Origin: Lepidodermella squamata
Lineage: Eukaryota; Animalia; Gastrotricha
NCBI GenBank assembly: GCA_047495785.1
Contig: JBLDXI010000010.1
Span: 310,001 to 374,000 of the forward strand
Length of the DNA: 64,000 nt
Direction of reading: 5' to 3'
A program made the position numbers and the translations under genes. Each line of letters begins with the position of its first letter. Within the stretch, counting starts at the first letter, position 1. Positions 1 to 12,779 of this stretch are shown piece by piece. Under the pieces are notes generated by a model. That model did not search any database. It saw only the letters and a list, made by a program, of their open reading frames with translations, and had not been told where the DNA came from.

Positions 1-658
1 TGGGGAATGTTCATGGGGAATGTCATCATTAGTTTCAAACTTCTCACTTCATACGTTCGGCCATATTCCAGAATATGGTAAAGTTTCGATTTTCGTCGAA
101 ATACCAGTAAAAAACCTTTCAACTTTGATAGGTGGGCTGAATCTTCCATCTTCAACTCATCTTCAAAATCAACGTCATCAGCAGAGTCAGATCATCATGA
201 ATCTGATCATCACACTCTGATCATCAAATTCTCAACAAATCCATTTTGATCCCATAAAACTCATCGCTAGTTGTTTCAAATCAGGTCTCTCGCATCCCGA
301 CAGGTTAAGATGGTGTTCCGATAAATTAAGCTCAGCTCTGATGTAATAATGCAATAAAATGCGATTCAAACACTTTTCAAGCTGAACCCGGTCGGCAGCT
401 ACTCAACACGTAACACTGAGCCAATGTTCAAGCCGACGTATTTGTCAGTTCGTGGTACGTTGAGCCTTAGCTATCGCGGTCCCGATCTCTGGAATCAACT
501 GCCTGCAGAAGCTCAAAATGCTGAGTCAGCTGAAGCGTGCCGCTCAAATGTTTATGCTTATTTTTACGAAAGAAATTCCACTGGTTTAGGCCTATGATAA
601 ATTCGATACACTATATATTTTTATAATGCTGCGATGCTGTTTTGTTGTGATGTTATTA

Positions 659-1500
659 GTGGCTTTTACACTGGCTTTTTTGACTCAGTGTAAAACAGGG
701 TAATTAACGTCAACCGGTTTTCAACCGATGGTGTGAACACCTAAAAAACATGGGTCAGTTAAGTTTTTTTAACGGCACCCGGATGGGGTTGCTTAACGTG
801 TTAAAAATCACGTTTATAACGTCAACCAGTTTGAAACAGGTTGCATAAAATAGCAGTGTGAACACTATTTAACGTCAACGTGTTGAAATTTACCATTCCC
901 GCTCGAGTCACCATTCTTTTGATGCCGCGATAAAATTTACCTGGACGCGGAAAATTCTTCTAAAAATAGGATATTAACTCTGCTGAATTTTCTGCATTTT
1001 ATGACACCAAAATCCTCGCAGTACTATAACCGTGCAATTTTCTGGATAAATTATGCTTTGCAAAGGTTTAGCTAATTTTTATGATGGAAATTTTATCGGA
1101 ATATGCATTGGAAATCGCTGTGACAAATTTACAGTCCAACTGGCCACCACGGAGTGCAAAGTACTTCTTAGCCAAGTTTTTCTGTGCTAGCAAAAATTCA
1201 AAATTCTGGTAGCTTCCCAAAACTACTCCGAAATTTTTTTGAAAATAATATAAATTTTTCTTAACCTATGGGTTATCAAAATTAGGTATTACTTTTGCAG
1301 CAATCAAAAATACCTGATGTAGGTACACATTTTCAATCATTTTATAGTTCTATTAAACGTAGTTTTAAGCAACCGATATAACCTTGCGTGTAAACGACGG
1401 CAGTTTGCAACGGCTATTACGCAACAAGCCGAGTTATTAATTAGGTTTAAACCGTCAACGCGTTGAAGTTGTTTGGCAAAAAAGCCAGTGTAAAAGCCAC
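659..1500. mobile_element. MITE with 24-bp perfect TIRs
   Basis: GTGGCTTTTACACTGGCTTTTTTG (659-682) and its reverse complement (1477-1500), TA on both sides, non-coding interior. Confidence 0.85.
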
Positions 1501-1526
1501 TATTATGATTTTGTTATTTTAATATA

Positions 1527-2537
1527 TGTTAGAACACCGAGTTTTGATTCTAATCGAGAAAACGCGTAATTAGAAAAAAATCCGCCGTTAAGGCGGAGTT
1601 TTTTATAATCTCGAGTAAACGAAGACGAGTGAAAAACGAGCAAGCGGAACGAGGCGCAGCCGAGTGGAGCGCGAGTTTTTCACGAGTCGAAGTTTACGAG
1701 AGGCAGCGTTTTCGAGATTAGTATCAAAACGAGTGATCTAACATTATTAGAGCACGGCTTCTAATTTTCAGGGACTGAGTTACGCGAGTTTTTTCACCTC
1801 ATTTTATTCACATTTCTGCTTTAAGTGAGCATCAACTAGTACCTCGCCGAACATGCCCAGCTCATGGAAATTATGTCCACCTTTGAGAGCGAAGCCAATT
1901 TACTGAAATCGCTGCGCCTAGCAATGCGAAATTTGTGCCAGTTTTGCAACGCTCGCATTATTGCATTATTGCTAACACTGGTGTGTGCGTGTTTTATTGA
2001 GGGTAATAATTTTGCACTCGCCGCACGAAGAATGAGTCAATCGCTTGGCGATACTACGTTCAATAAACAGCAGGCAGAAATGCGGCTTAAAAAAGTGGAA
2101 AACGTTGTAACTCGTCTCCGCACTCGTTACACTCGGCTGCGCCTCGTTCCACTCTTGCTTCGACTCGTTTCAACGTCTCATCCAGGCTCGCTTCACTCGC
2201 CTTTCACTACTAGACTCGGCTTCGCCTCGTTTTATTTTAAAGGCATCGCTGCGCTCGCCTTTGGTAACCTCGGCTGTCGCCTCGGTTATAAACAGCGTTT
2301 TGTGTGTGCAATAAAAATGAGAAATTATTGCTGTGCGTAAAAATGCGTTGCTGTTTTATGAATGAGTAATTACGCGCAATAAAAAAACGTGCGTGTTCTA
2401 ATTCGCTAATTAGAACAACGCACGTGTTCTAAGTGAATTAGAAATGCGAATTAGAAAAACGCACGCGTTCTAAGTGAAAAAACGCTAAATTAGAAATCGT
2501 GCGATTTGCATTGTAAAATTAGAAGCAGTGCTCTAAT
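1527..2537. mobile_element. Non-autonomous repeat with two adjacent inverted-repeat pairs (possibly Crypton-like)
   Basis: IR pair 1527-1565/1706-1742 and IR pair 1746-1768/2515-2537, with several CTCGGCTGCGCCTCG-type hairpin motifs. The family call comes from recalled motif similarity only. Confidence 0.5.
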
Positions 2538-2951
2538 TCTCATCATTGTTCAATCGCTCACTCTTGCTATATGCACTTAATAACATTTTTTATGTCATCA
2601 TTTGCCAATGTCCTATACCTCTGTAACCTGTCCTGCAATTATCTGTTTCATTTTCAATTCACTATTGTCAAGCTGCTCTCTCTTGGGCGTCATAGCTTTG
2701 AAATAAATAAATGAAATAAATAAAATGACTTCCCGATGTTTTAATTGACTCAAACACAAGTACCCTATTTTTATATTTTCGACGTATTAAATTGAAATGG
2801 TTCGAGGAAAGAAACTAAGAGTTCGGCGGAATGATGTAGATCCTTGAATAGGCCGTGATGCATTGCCTGCAGCCAGCTTCAAAATAATATGATGCTTTTA
2901 ACACCGACTATCAATACTTGGCACGATTGGTTGATTGGTTTCCAAGGAAGT

Positions 2952-5190
2952 CTAATTATTACCAACTGCTGTTGATGCAAAAGCCACTATATGAATACAT
3001 AACGCTAGAAAAATTGCAACGCCAGCAGCAAAATAGTCGACTTTTTTCATCTTGTCCATTTTCGAACATACCGAAGAAGGCAATTCACATTTTCTTGTGG
3101 ACTTTACTACGTCCACACTATCCGTAAAGATCTCGAACAACCTGCAAGCAGCTAGGGAATAAATTGTGATCGCGGCTCCCAGGCACATGTTGGCCCCGAT
3201 GTAGTACAAGAGGTAGACAGGCTGCGAAGTTTTAGGCAAAGTCGCCGTGAATGAGCCGACGTTGACGGAGGAAGCTAGGACTACCGTTATTGAATAGCCT
3301 GCTCTGTCAGGATAATCAGCCGGCATAAGGAATGTGGCAAGCTGGAGAACAGCCAGTGTTACCGTCGGCATTATGATCACTGTCGCGTGATAAGCAGGGC
3401 GGCGTTGGAATTTGAACCAGAATTTCGCTGCCGAGTATGGGTCATCGGCGTAATACTCGAGCCGTTCGGAGACAAACTCCCAGATTTCTGAGTCTTCAAT
3501 GAATTTTTTGCCCGGAGGATGGTAAATTGACAAGTACGTCAAGTTGAGATACCACGAATATGCGATAAGTTCGACTGAACATTCTTGCTCGTCGAATGGG
3601 AAACGAGTAAAGCTAAATCGGTGAAATGAACGTTTAGTAAAAAACAAAATTATATAATAGTGCGTTCACAAACTACTTCGGAGAGGCGTCCGAAGTTTCG
3701 TAACAAGCCTCCGAAGTTGCGTAATCGCTGCCGAAGTTTAGATTTTCGTTCACAAACGCGCGCACTTCGGCCAGCGCGGCCGAAGTTTGATCAATAGGCG
3801 GTGCGCGCGCACCGAACAAAGGACGCACACAAACTTCGGTTCGGAGAGCCCAAAAACTGCTCTCCGAAGTGCCTCCGAACCGAAGTTTGTGCGCATCCGA
3901 AGTTATTACGCAGGCACGCAACCACGCGCGCGCGCACACACAGCCACTTGACCACACTGTACTAGGCGCCTCAAATTTGACTTTCCGGTGATATTTTCAT
4001 TGACAATGCAATCCGCTTCATCAGCCATTAAAAAGCTAAATAACAATAGTGATAAACGTTTAGAAACTGAGAAATTAATATTGCAAAAAATGTCCGGCTT
4101 CGGTGAAGAATTGTTAAATCTAGAAATAGCGCGGGCGTTTTGATTAGAATGCGCGAGAATATGTTAGTAAATATTTTTTATAGCGAATCTGGTGAACTGA
4201 GCGCTGAAATTTAGCTTCTTTTTATCCTCATCAGGAGGCGCGTCTCATTATGCAAACAATTTGGAGAATTAAGGTATTATCATGGAAAAAAATTGCATTG
4301 ACCCTGAGTAGGAGCCATACCCGCGCGTGGTGTGTGAGCGCGCGGCCAAACTTCGGTCGCAAACAATAGACACTTCGGTCGTCACGCTGCGCGCGCACGT
4401 AGAAAATGCCACTGATAAGGCCTCCGAAGTTTTGCTATTTCTTTCCGAAGTTTCTACTTCGCTCTCCGAAGCGGTCGGTCTCCGAAGTAGTTTGTGAACG
4501 CACTATAACAATTAGACCTTATTATATAAGACTTACTCGAAAGAGCATGACGAGTCAAGTCGGTTCTTGTTGGTCATAGTAACTTCTCCTGATGAATTGA
4601 CGCTGACAAATTTGTCTCCCTGCCTGCGAGTCAAGTAGAGTTATAGCTCTAAAATAATAAATTTTAATTTCTTTTGCACCTTTCGAGACTGTAAGTGTCA
4701 TAAATGGCATTCGTGTGCAGTATCAGGGGGTGAAAAATGCGTTTCTTCTCGTATGGACATGACTCCGGCAACTTCGCAGTTTTGAGCATTGCTTCAAGAC
4801 TCGGGCTAGCTTTTGGTCCAAAGGAACTTAAGTTATTCCACTGGGCGCACTTCGGGAGTTGCCAAGAAGTGCGGATGTCGAACTGAGCGGAAAAGCTGCC
4901 AAAGAATTGCGGAGTTAGGATTCTGCTCTATACTTATCCCCTTACCTCTGCGATAGATCATCAAGTTCCACAAAATTGATGACGATGAGGTTGATATGGA
5001 CACCAATTAAAGTCCGGTTCTCATCCAAGTAAGGCATCGCTCGAGGGCTCCGCAGGTAGGGGCAATTGATGGCTAAGAAATCGCAAAGCTCGTCATCAGG
5101 AGCTGGGCCAGGAACAGGCTCATAAACATGGGAACTTGCTGCTGCATTAAAATTCAAAATCTGGACAAAAATAATACCAATCAGTTTCAT
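2952..5190 (-). CDS. Cys-loop ligand-gated ion channel subunit (nAChR/5-HT3-like, divergent), 4 exons
   Basis: Signal peptide MKLIGIIFVQ. Exons ~5190-4946, ~4895-4679, ~4625-4537 and ~3612-2952 with GT-AG ends. Cys loop SSCSF.FTRFPFDEQEC spans the last intron, then FQRRP, four TM helices and a short M3-M4 loop. Confidence 0.85.
3658..4505. mobile_element. MITE (PIF/Harbinger-like) in the last LGIC intron
   Basis: TIR TAGTGCGTTCACAAACTACTTCGGAGA and its reverse complement, TAA on both flanks, many subterminal CCGAAGT/ACTTCGG motifs. Confidence 0.85.
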
Positions 5191-6006
5191 TACGCTAGAT
5201 GCGAAAAGGCTTCGTTCTAGCACTATCTCAGCCCATTCATACTATTCAAATATAGGTAATTGTCAGTGAATAAATATTTCAATTCCATTGCGCAGAGTTG
5301 TTTTAAATGGAATTGAAACAGTGCGTCGCAGCAAACCAAACATTTGATGCAATTAGGCAATGTTGAACTGTCACAATCCCCCCTCTTCTGTGCGTTAGCA
5401 GAGGCCTGCGTGGAAACCATTTCCCTTTGGGCGGGCAAATCACGGATTTTCCGTGACGAATGAAATTAATTGAAATAAAAAAACAGCGTGATTTGCTGCT
5501 CGGCGGTGGCGAACTCAGGGTGAGGATTCTCGTCCGTCATTTTAGCATAATTTAGCTGCGAAATCAATGCTTCAGGGGCGGGAATAGGGCTACATTGGAT
5601 GGCATGGAATACAGAAACAACTCGGAACCCGGATTCATGCAGTCAATCGTGCCAACCATGCTGATAAGGAGAATAGCGTGCAGTTCTGACTCCCGGACCT
5701 ACCGTCACCAGGGTTGCCAGGGTTTCCTCGCCCTTTACATCCAGCCGGACCTCACCCTTTACTCTCAAATCCTTCTTGGCTCTGCTGAAACTGATTGGTC
5801 TCTACCTCCGAAGTGATGCCCATGCAGGAGATCATAACACTATTAAAACCATTCATTAGTATGTCCTGTTATCAAGAGAAGCGAAGAAACCCACTTTGAT
5901 GGTGACAGTTATCTCACACGTTATTTCACCTATATAAAACTGACCTCGTTGCTGCGTAAATAAAATCAGTGTTTTTAACCTTTCAAACGTTTCAAATCTA
6001 ACATTC

Positions 6007-6399
6007 ATGCTTCTTCTGTTGATCGTCAGCATTATACTATCGGCACAAGGTGTTCTCAGCCGGAGTTGGATTGCTTGTACCGATTACTCAGAATACTCAG
6101 GTAGTCTGGATAGGACCTTAATTCCTATTATTTATAATACCTAATACCTCTCTTATACAGGCGTAACGTATTCAGTATTCACATTCGAAATGTCGCGGAT
6201 GGCCTCGGGAAGGTGCTAAATATACACCCAAAACTGGTAACTTAAGCTAAGATACCAAATACAGTTACAGGGATCCAAGCGAGGAGAAGCCGTGCCTGTC
6301 TGATCGATATGACGATGGAGCTTACACCAGCGACCATCCAGTATCCAATGGCAATTTATTACGCTGGTCAATCAGTCGTCATAGCTCATCCAACTAAAA
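6007..6399 (+). pseudogene. Truncated pseudogene copy of the LPMO-like gene at 17849
   Basis: Aligns to 17849-18218 including intron 1. It carries two 7-bp insertions and stop codons near 6240-6250, and similarity ends after HPTK. Confidence 0.9.
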
Positions 6400-6655
6400 G
6401 TGGATGCCACTGCGAGGCTGAGACGACTAAGCCAAAAATAGTTTTGAAAATAGTTTGGAAACGGGGCGAACAATATATCAAACTAAGCAGAATTGTACGC
6501 TGAACTCGAATTTAATATTTTTGGGAAGGAGCTACTCTTCCTCTCATTTAATACAACTTCAGCCTAAGAAATAGGTTACGAGGTTACGAATACCTCTAGC
6601 AGTCTTAAGGAATACACGTTACGATGGGAAACGTAAGGGAAACGTAAAGGAAACG

Positions 6656-8117
6656 TTTTCTTCCATAAGAGTCACATCTGGCTCATTTTCAACAATTTAT
6701 GTGCAAATGGTTTTGTCAAATATCCATGATTAATTCATCCGTCAATATTGAGGTCAAAACCAGCTGAAGTAGTTGGACAAGATCAACAACTATAAATAAC
6801 CATCCGGCTAGCTGCGTAATTTTGTCCAAATTGCACTTGCATAGGGCTGCCTATACACGAATGCTAAAGCAATGTTTTGAATAATAGCTATGAAGAAAGT
6901 TCGGCTATGACGGCTGAAAGTTAATACGTGTTTTTATACTGATAATTATTATTATTTTATCGTTGATGTGCGCCAACAATTGCTGCGTATCTGTCCCCTC
7001 AACCACGCTGTTTTTTTTCGCGAAAAGCATGCTCAGCTGTAGCAGGGTTAAAAATAACTTTGCCCCAAAACATCGCAGCAGCTCGACTGGCTGGAGTTTC
7101 ATCAAGTCATTCATCCGCTTTTCGTATTAAATACAACTTGAAGCTTTTAACTTGTTCATAGTATGAGTTTGAGACTGGTTGTTCTCGCGGCGACCTTAGG
7201 CATCGCCTTTAGTCGTGAGTTCCCGTCTCTTTGTTCAATTTTTAGCTCACATCGCATTAATCTTTTCAGAAAGTACAGCCAACACCACGCAAGCTGTTGT
7301 GTGCTCCAATGAAGAGTTTCAAACCGGCAACAACGGACGCAGAACTTTCGATTTGTTTACTCTCGACGATCTTCGCCCCTACTGCGCTGACGGAAGCTAC
7401 CTGGCTACGTGGAGGGTCGACAGGCCGATTATTACTTTTTTTGCCGTGCATATTAATTACACGTGCTGCAAAGCCCCGTCTGTCGGAAAGTGCAGACAAG
7501 TTACAAATGACTGGACGGATTGGGGTGCCGGTAATTTCGTTTACCTGGATAGACAGGACATCAAGTGCAACGCCAATGAGGTTCTGCAAAGCTTCCAGCA
7601 ACAACATTCTTCTGAACAAATTCGATATGTCTACACTTGCTGCCAGGTAGGTATTGAGGTGATTTGACCCCCAAACACGTCGGGGAAGACCTTGCAGAAG
7701 TGAGATCCGGCAGTAAACCAGCTAGGTTAATCCTGTCTTATTTTCTGTCTCATGACAGGTAGAAAGCAGTGTTACTACCACTACCACGGCGCTAGCAACC
7801 GATTACAACGCCGAAAGGGAAGGAGGCGAACCGCGAAACCGCGTTGATGTCTTGGTATATCACAGAGTTAACTGTCCAAACGGTGGCCTCATGCAGAGAT
7901 GGCACATGCAACGCGATATACCCAATCGCAAGATACGCTTTGAATACACCTGTCTCACGATCGCACCATTGAGGCTTGTGCCCCGTGAGGAGGAGCAGCT
8001 CGCTGGTTTGCTGATAGCATAGGATAATAGTGAGAGTGGCGTGAGAGGTGAATGATAAACCTGGAATAAATGACGGGAAAAGATGGAAATTTAACCTATA
8101 TTTTCTTTATAGTCTTT
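6656..8117 (+). repeat. Left arm of a 1462-bp near-perfect inverted duplication
   Basis: Reverse complement of 13495-14956, equal length, about 3 substitutions seen. Confidence 0.95.
7163..8022 (+). CDS. Secreted Cys-rich protein with three internal repeats (uncharacterised), 3 exons
   Basis: Exons 7163-7214, 7270-7646 and 7759-8022 splice in frame. Signal peptide MSLRLVVLAATLGIAFS. Repeats of the type LDRQDIKC...LQSF...IRYVYTCC. AATAAA at ~8065. Confidence 0.85.
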
Positions 8118-8700
8118 ATTTGAGCTAAGTTTCTATAAGTAACTCTTTTATTTCGAGGATGATGTCATGTTTTTCTGGAAAATGCTGATTGATTGGGCTC
8201 TCAAAGTGAAGGTATCGAAACAATTTCTCAATTTCTGTGGCTGGATATTTAAGAAACTGATGATTTCTGAGAAAATTCTGATTTGACTTGATGTTGAATT
8301 TGTCGATAAATCGTCGATTGATTAGTCTCCTGCATTTGCATTGAAATTTCTTTCACGTTTCATGAATACAAGGCCCCGACTGCACAAGTTGAGATAAAAT
8401 GACGTAGTTTAAACCACTGGCGAATGTTCCACATCGAGTAAGGACAGAAAATCAAGGTTTGCAGTTCATTACGCGGAATTAACGTAGCAGTCTGATTTCG
8501 TGGAAAACTATGCGAAATTTCCACAAAATTAATGCCATGAAATCTAGGACAAAATGATGAAGGATAAATAAATAAAAATTCGTGGCTGGAATTCTTAAAA
8601 TATTCTGAAAACCCCAGAAGAAGTGAAAAATTGGCGTTTTCCAGCCTTCAGTCTCCTGCATCTCCGAAAAACCGAGGATGGTAATTGCATTTTTTCATAT

Positions 8701-9170
8701 CATTAAACAGCCCAAGGGCTGCTGGTCAGAAGCGCCGAAAGTCTAACCACGGGAATCGCAAGGGGACGCAAGTCAAATTTCACAAAAAGGGTCCTAAACA
8801 GGCCGGTTTTGGTAAAAACGGGTTAACTTTGCGACCCTCCCTCTAGGAATCCCGTGGGTGAATTTTTGATTTCTTGATATCGTTAGAAAGCCCAAGATGT
8901 GCTCTATAAGGCTGCTGGTTCGCGCCGAAAGTCTATCCACGGGATTCACAACGAAATGCATGTCAAATGTCGCAATAATAACGTCGTAGAGAGGCAGAAA
9001 TAACCTCATTAAGTTAACTTGAACCTTCCTGATGCCTAATTTCGTTTGTGTTGAGGACCCATCCCGAAACCCGAATTCGACGCGGAGCGACGAATCCTAC
9101 GAACAGAAGAAATGCGTCAAGCCAAGCAAACAATCCAAACAGACAAGTCTCAAACAAGTCACCCAGAATC
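8701..9170. repeat. Probable non-autonomous interspersed repeat
   Basis: Internal direct repeat GCTGCTGG..GCGCCGAAAGTCTA.CCACGGGA.TC at ~8718 and ~8911, with a CAAA/CAGA-rich end. No convincing ORF. Confidence 0.35.
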
Positions 9171-9439
9171 AAAAAGAGTCAAAAAACAAAACCAAAAAAA
9201 ATGATAAAACATCTGTATATATATTTATAAACCGAATTAATTATAATGATCATGAAATAAAAAATAAATGCTAATTTTTTTATGATGATATGGTGATATG
9301 TTGATAGAGAAAACCTTTTATTGGTATACTGTGTTATATACAAACTATAACATTGCCTTTGAGACACAGGATTATAAATTATTAAGTTTATAATTTGATG
9401 AGATTAATTGATGAATTAATTGCTTGATTGATTGATTAG

Positions 9440-12400
9440 TTAGCGTCTTTGAGTAGGTTGGCTATTTGAGTAAAGATGATTATTCAGGATCCTAATGCTA
9501 TCCTTAAGGATTTGATGGGCCATATCAACAGCTGTACTGCTGCTGATTCCGTAATCTTGAAGTAATTGGATCGCTTCTTTGGTTAGCGAGCCCCGTGTGC
9601 CGATATAAAGGCCGTGTACTTCTATCGAGTCCAAATCAAAGGCTTCGCAGATGAACTTGCTACACGGCTCGTAGATCGAACGCTTCTCAATGTCGACATC
9701 TCCGAATTTACCTTCTGATGATTCAAATCTAATTGTGGGGTCGATGATTGCTCCATGTCTGCTTCCTCTTCGAAATGCCAATATATCAAAACGCCGAGAG
9801 GATCCGTTTTCGGCTATACAGTGTCCCTCTTCAGTCTTCAGTGACGTTGTATCCTTGGCGTCGTAGTTCCAGAGCAATCTTCTGGCGGATTTTGTTGTGC
9901 CTCGACGTTATCAGCAGCGAGTTAAAGGGGCAGGCGCCCAGAACGTGTGCTAGGGATTCAATCTCAGCGCCGCATCGGCGGCACTGGCGTCCGTCCTGGC
10001 TGACACCCGGTACACCTCTAACTGGAGCCGTGTTAGTCGACATTTTCAAAGCCATCGTCCATTCCGCAACACTAAGTCCATTTCTTCGCAGTACCCAGTT
10101 GTTTGTTTTCGGTACGCATTTAAACTGTGAAACTCCTCTTCCTTTTTGATCAAGGTTACACCATGATTGGAATTCCTTCATTCGTAGGCCGTTTCGAATC
10201 ATTTTTACATTGGGCGGTAGAATCCTTTCAGTGTCTTCTGTGTAATTTCCTTCCGAGTCACCATCCGAGCCTTCATTCAAATCAGTTTCTGTTAAGTCAA
10301 CTCCGATTCTAGCGAGACAGTCTGCCATTTCCGATTCAAGGTCCCTACATGCAAGTACAAGTGGCTCGCCGTTGATCAACAGCTTTCTGCAGATATTGTA
10401 AATTTGTAAATATGCTTCCCAGGACGCTTTTGGTAAACCGAGACCGCGGTGTTTCCGGGCAGAATAAAAGAAACTTGAAGGCGTGCTGGTTGGAAGTCCA
10501 ATGAATTCTTTAACCACACTTCGCAAAATTGTATCGACAGAATCAAGGAACGTTTTCCTTATAGCTTTTGCAGGAGCGGTTTGAAAAGGATATATTAGTT
10601 TAGGCCATATAAATTGGGTCAATATAGTCAGCTTCTGGTCGGCGTGAAGAAGATTTGACTTTGCCAACAGTTCGAGCTGGAGTTCTGAGATAACAGCCCC
10701 CTCGTCAATAACTATTTCATCTTTGAACGTGACACACAAATATTTTATAGTTTCTTCTTCATCGATGGCAGGTATCAAGTCTCCATTGCTCAATACCAAC
10801 GGCTCTGAATTAAGAACGCCATCTTCAACAATTATGGCGACACACTTTTTGACATTGACCTCCAAACCAATCTGCGAAAACAAATTTCTTGCCATGTCAA
10901 CGAGGTATGCAGCCGATTCGCGGCTGTTTCCGATAGGGGTTGTGTCATCGGCAAATCCAAGAACCGATACATTCGGTAGATCAGACGAAAATTTGAAGCC
11001 ATAAGCGTCAGCAACTTCACGTTCGGATAATTCACGAATGACATAATCAATGCAGAGATTAAATATCGTAGGTGATATCGGCGACCCTTGCATCACTCCG
11101 CGTTCAAACGTTATTTTAGATGTCCTGAGTCCGTTTGCTTCGATTTGAGTAGAATTATTACTTACAAGTTCCATAAGCATAGATCTCAAATCGTCCGGGA
11201 TAGCTAGTGTTTCCAGGGTCCGTCGAATATGCTCAAAACCGATGTTGTCAAATGCCTTAGCTAGATCGAGAAACGTTACAACGCATGTAGATTTGTCTGC
11301 TTTCGCTTTTTTAAGACACCCAGATACGATAGATGAGTTAATATGAGTTCCAGGGCAGGATGTAAATCCGCGTTGGCTCGATGAAAAACAAACATATTCC
11401 CGCAGTCGTCGATCCAACATTCGCTCAAATATGCGCCTAACAAGCGATGTGATTGTTATTGGCCTCCAGTTGTTAGGATCATTAAGGTCTCCGGATTTAT
11501 CTATTAACACGGTTCTTGCGACTTTCAGACTAGTAGGCAGCAGTTTTCGTTTCAACATGACGCTGTAAATGAGAACAAGAACATCAAGACAACCTTCAGC
11601 ATGGATTACTCGCATGAGCGTTCTATCAGGACCGGGAGAAGTGTCCAGAGCTATACCTGCTGCTGCTGCTTTGATCTCATCTAAAGTCGTTTCGAGCTGG
11701 AAAGAAGTGTTTATGTTTTGTTGATCATTATTCGCTATCGGATTTCCATAGATCGGTCGCGTGGCATTGTTCGGTTTACCCCATCTAGATGAGAAGAACG
11801 TAAACAATTGTGATATAGGTACCATGCAGCCTTTTGATTTTGTTTTGCTGGTTACAAGTCTAGTAACTTGGCGGCGTCGATTGTAGTAGAGATATTGAGC
11901 TAACTCATATTCATACTGATGTCTTGATTTCGCTCTTGAACGCTTCGCTGCTCTAGCCGGATTGGAGGATGTTTTGTAAGCCTTTTTCGATGACGAAGCT
12001 TTGTTCGCTTTCTTCTTCTTACGAGCTGCGACAAACTTCCTAGCCGGGTGTTTTGGTCCCGGCAAGTCGTCAATCACATTCGGTAGGCCTTCTAGAAATT
12101 CTGATGTCGCTTGATCAAACTCATCATCGGAGCAATTGTTTGAAATCATGTTCCTAAACTTGATATTCCATTCCGTCAAAAATGCTATAGGTTTTCGACC
12201 GCCATTAGCAACTTGATCTTTCACCGAGTCTGGTAGGATCGAATCAGGCTGGGATGATGCGAACTTTCTCACAGTCTCGTTTCGACGCTCTTCTGGATGG
12301 GATCTAGTAATGTGCTGAGCTAATCCTTTGGCAGTACCGAATTTTCGATCGCAGTGGGGACAATCAACAGGTTTAGGTTCTTTATCGCAAGTGACGGCAT

Positions 12401-12779
12401 TGCTATGCTTCATTCTAATGTGGTTACTGAGGCCCCTATTATCAACAAATTTTGCTTTACAATTCTCTTCTGGACAGGAAACCGTTTTTTCTTTTCTAGC
12501 AGCCCTTCCGTTCAAGTTAGTCGTTGGGACATGCATGGTTGCTGCTGTGGCGGACAAATTCTCCGGTTCACGTTCAGTTTCGTCAGCAACCATCAGTGTT
12601 GAGTTTACCGAACCGTTAAGCACACTTTCCACTTGATCAACAACAAGTTTGCCAGACCATGAATCGCCGATAGCATTCAGCTCTTTTTCAGTAGGCGGGC
12701 CCGGGTTGGTTTCGATATCCCCCGCTGTCATAAGTAACAAGTATACTAACCAATCAGCTCTGCCCCTGCTTCGGGACAC
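9440..12779 (-). CDS. Retrotransposon polyprotein (Zn fingers, reverse transcriptase, RLE endonuclease) with one frameshift
   Basis: CPEENC..HIRMKH, CPHC..HITRSH, NWRPITI, FLDLAKAFD, GVMQGSPISP, GFADD, CRRC...HVLGAC, RHN. The second frame gives RRFDILA...IIDPTIRFE...EKRSIYEP. The frameshift comes from a 7-bp duplication at 9829-9842. Confidence 0.92.
12696..12779 (-). other. 2A-like (StopGo) ribosome-skipping peptide
   Basis: WLVYLLLMTAGDIETNPGP matches the D(V/I)ExNPGP consensus with the usual upstream Leu-rich stretch. Confidence 0.85.

Larger units (their letters stand above)
360..2726 (+). mobile_element. 5'-truncated CR1/L2-group LINE 3' end, split by two nested DNA elements
   Basis: Encodes the C-terminal motif SLSYRGPDLWNQLP (~465-505). 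The 3' UTR resumes at ~2540 and ends in an (AAAT)n-like tail at 2701-2726. Both parts align with the reverse complement of the LINE at 49066-50330. Start is approximate. Confidence 0.75.

Noticed and set aside
1864-2340. 158-aa ORF
   Set aside because: It lies within a hairpin-rich non-autonomous repeat and has no recognisable domain.
7215-7667. ORF-track starts at 7215 and 14397
   Set aside because: The GTG is the intron 1 donor. The real starts are 7163 and 14449.
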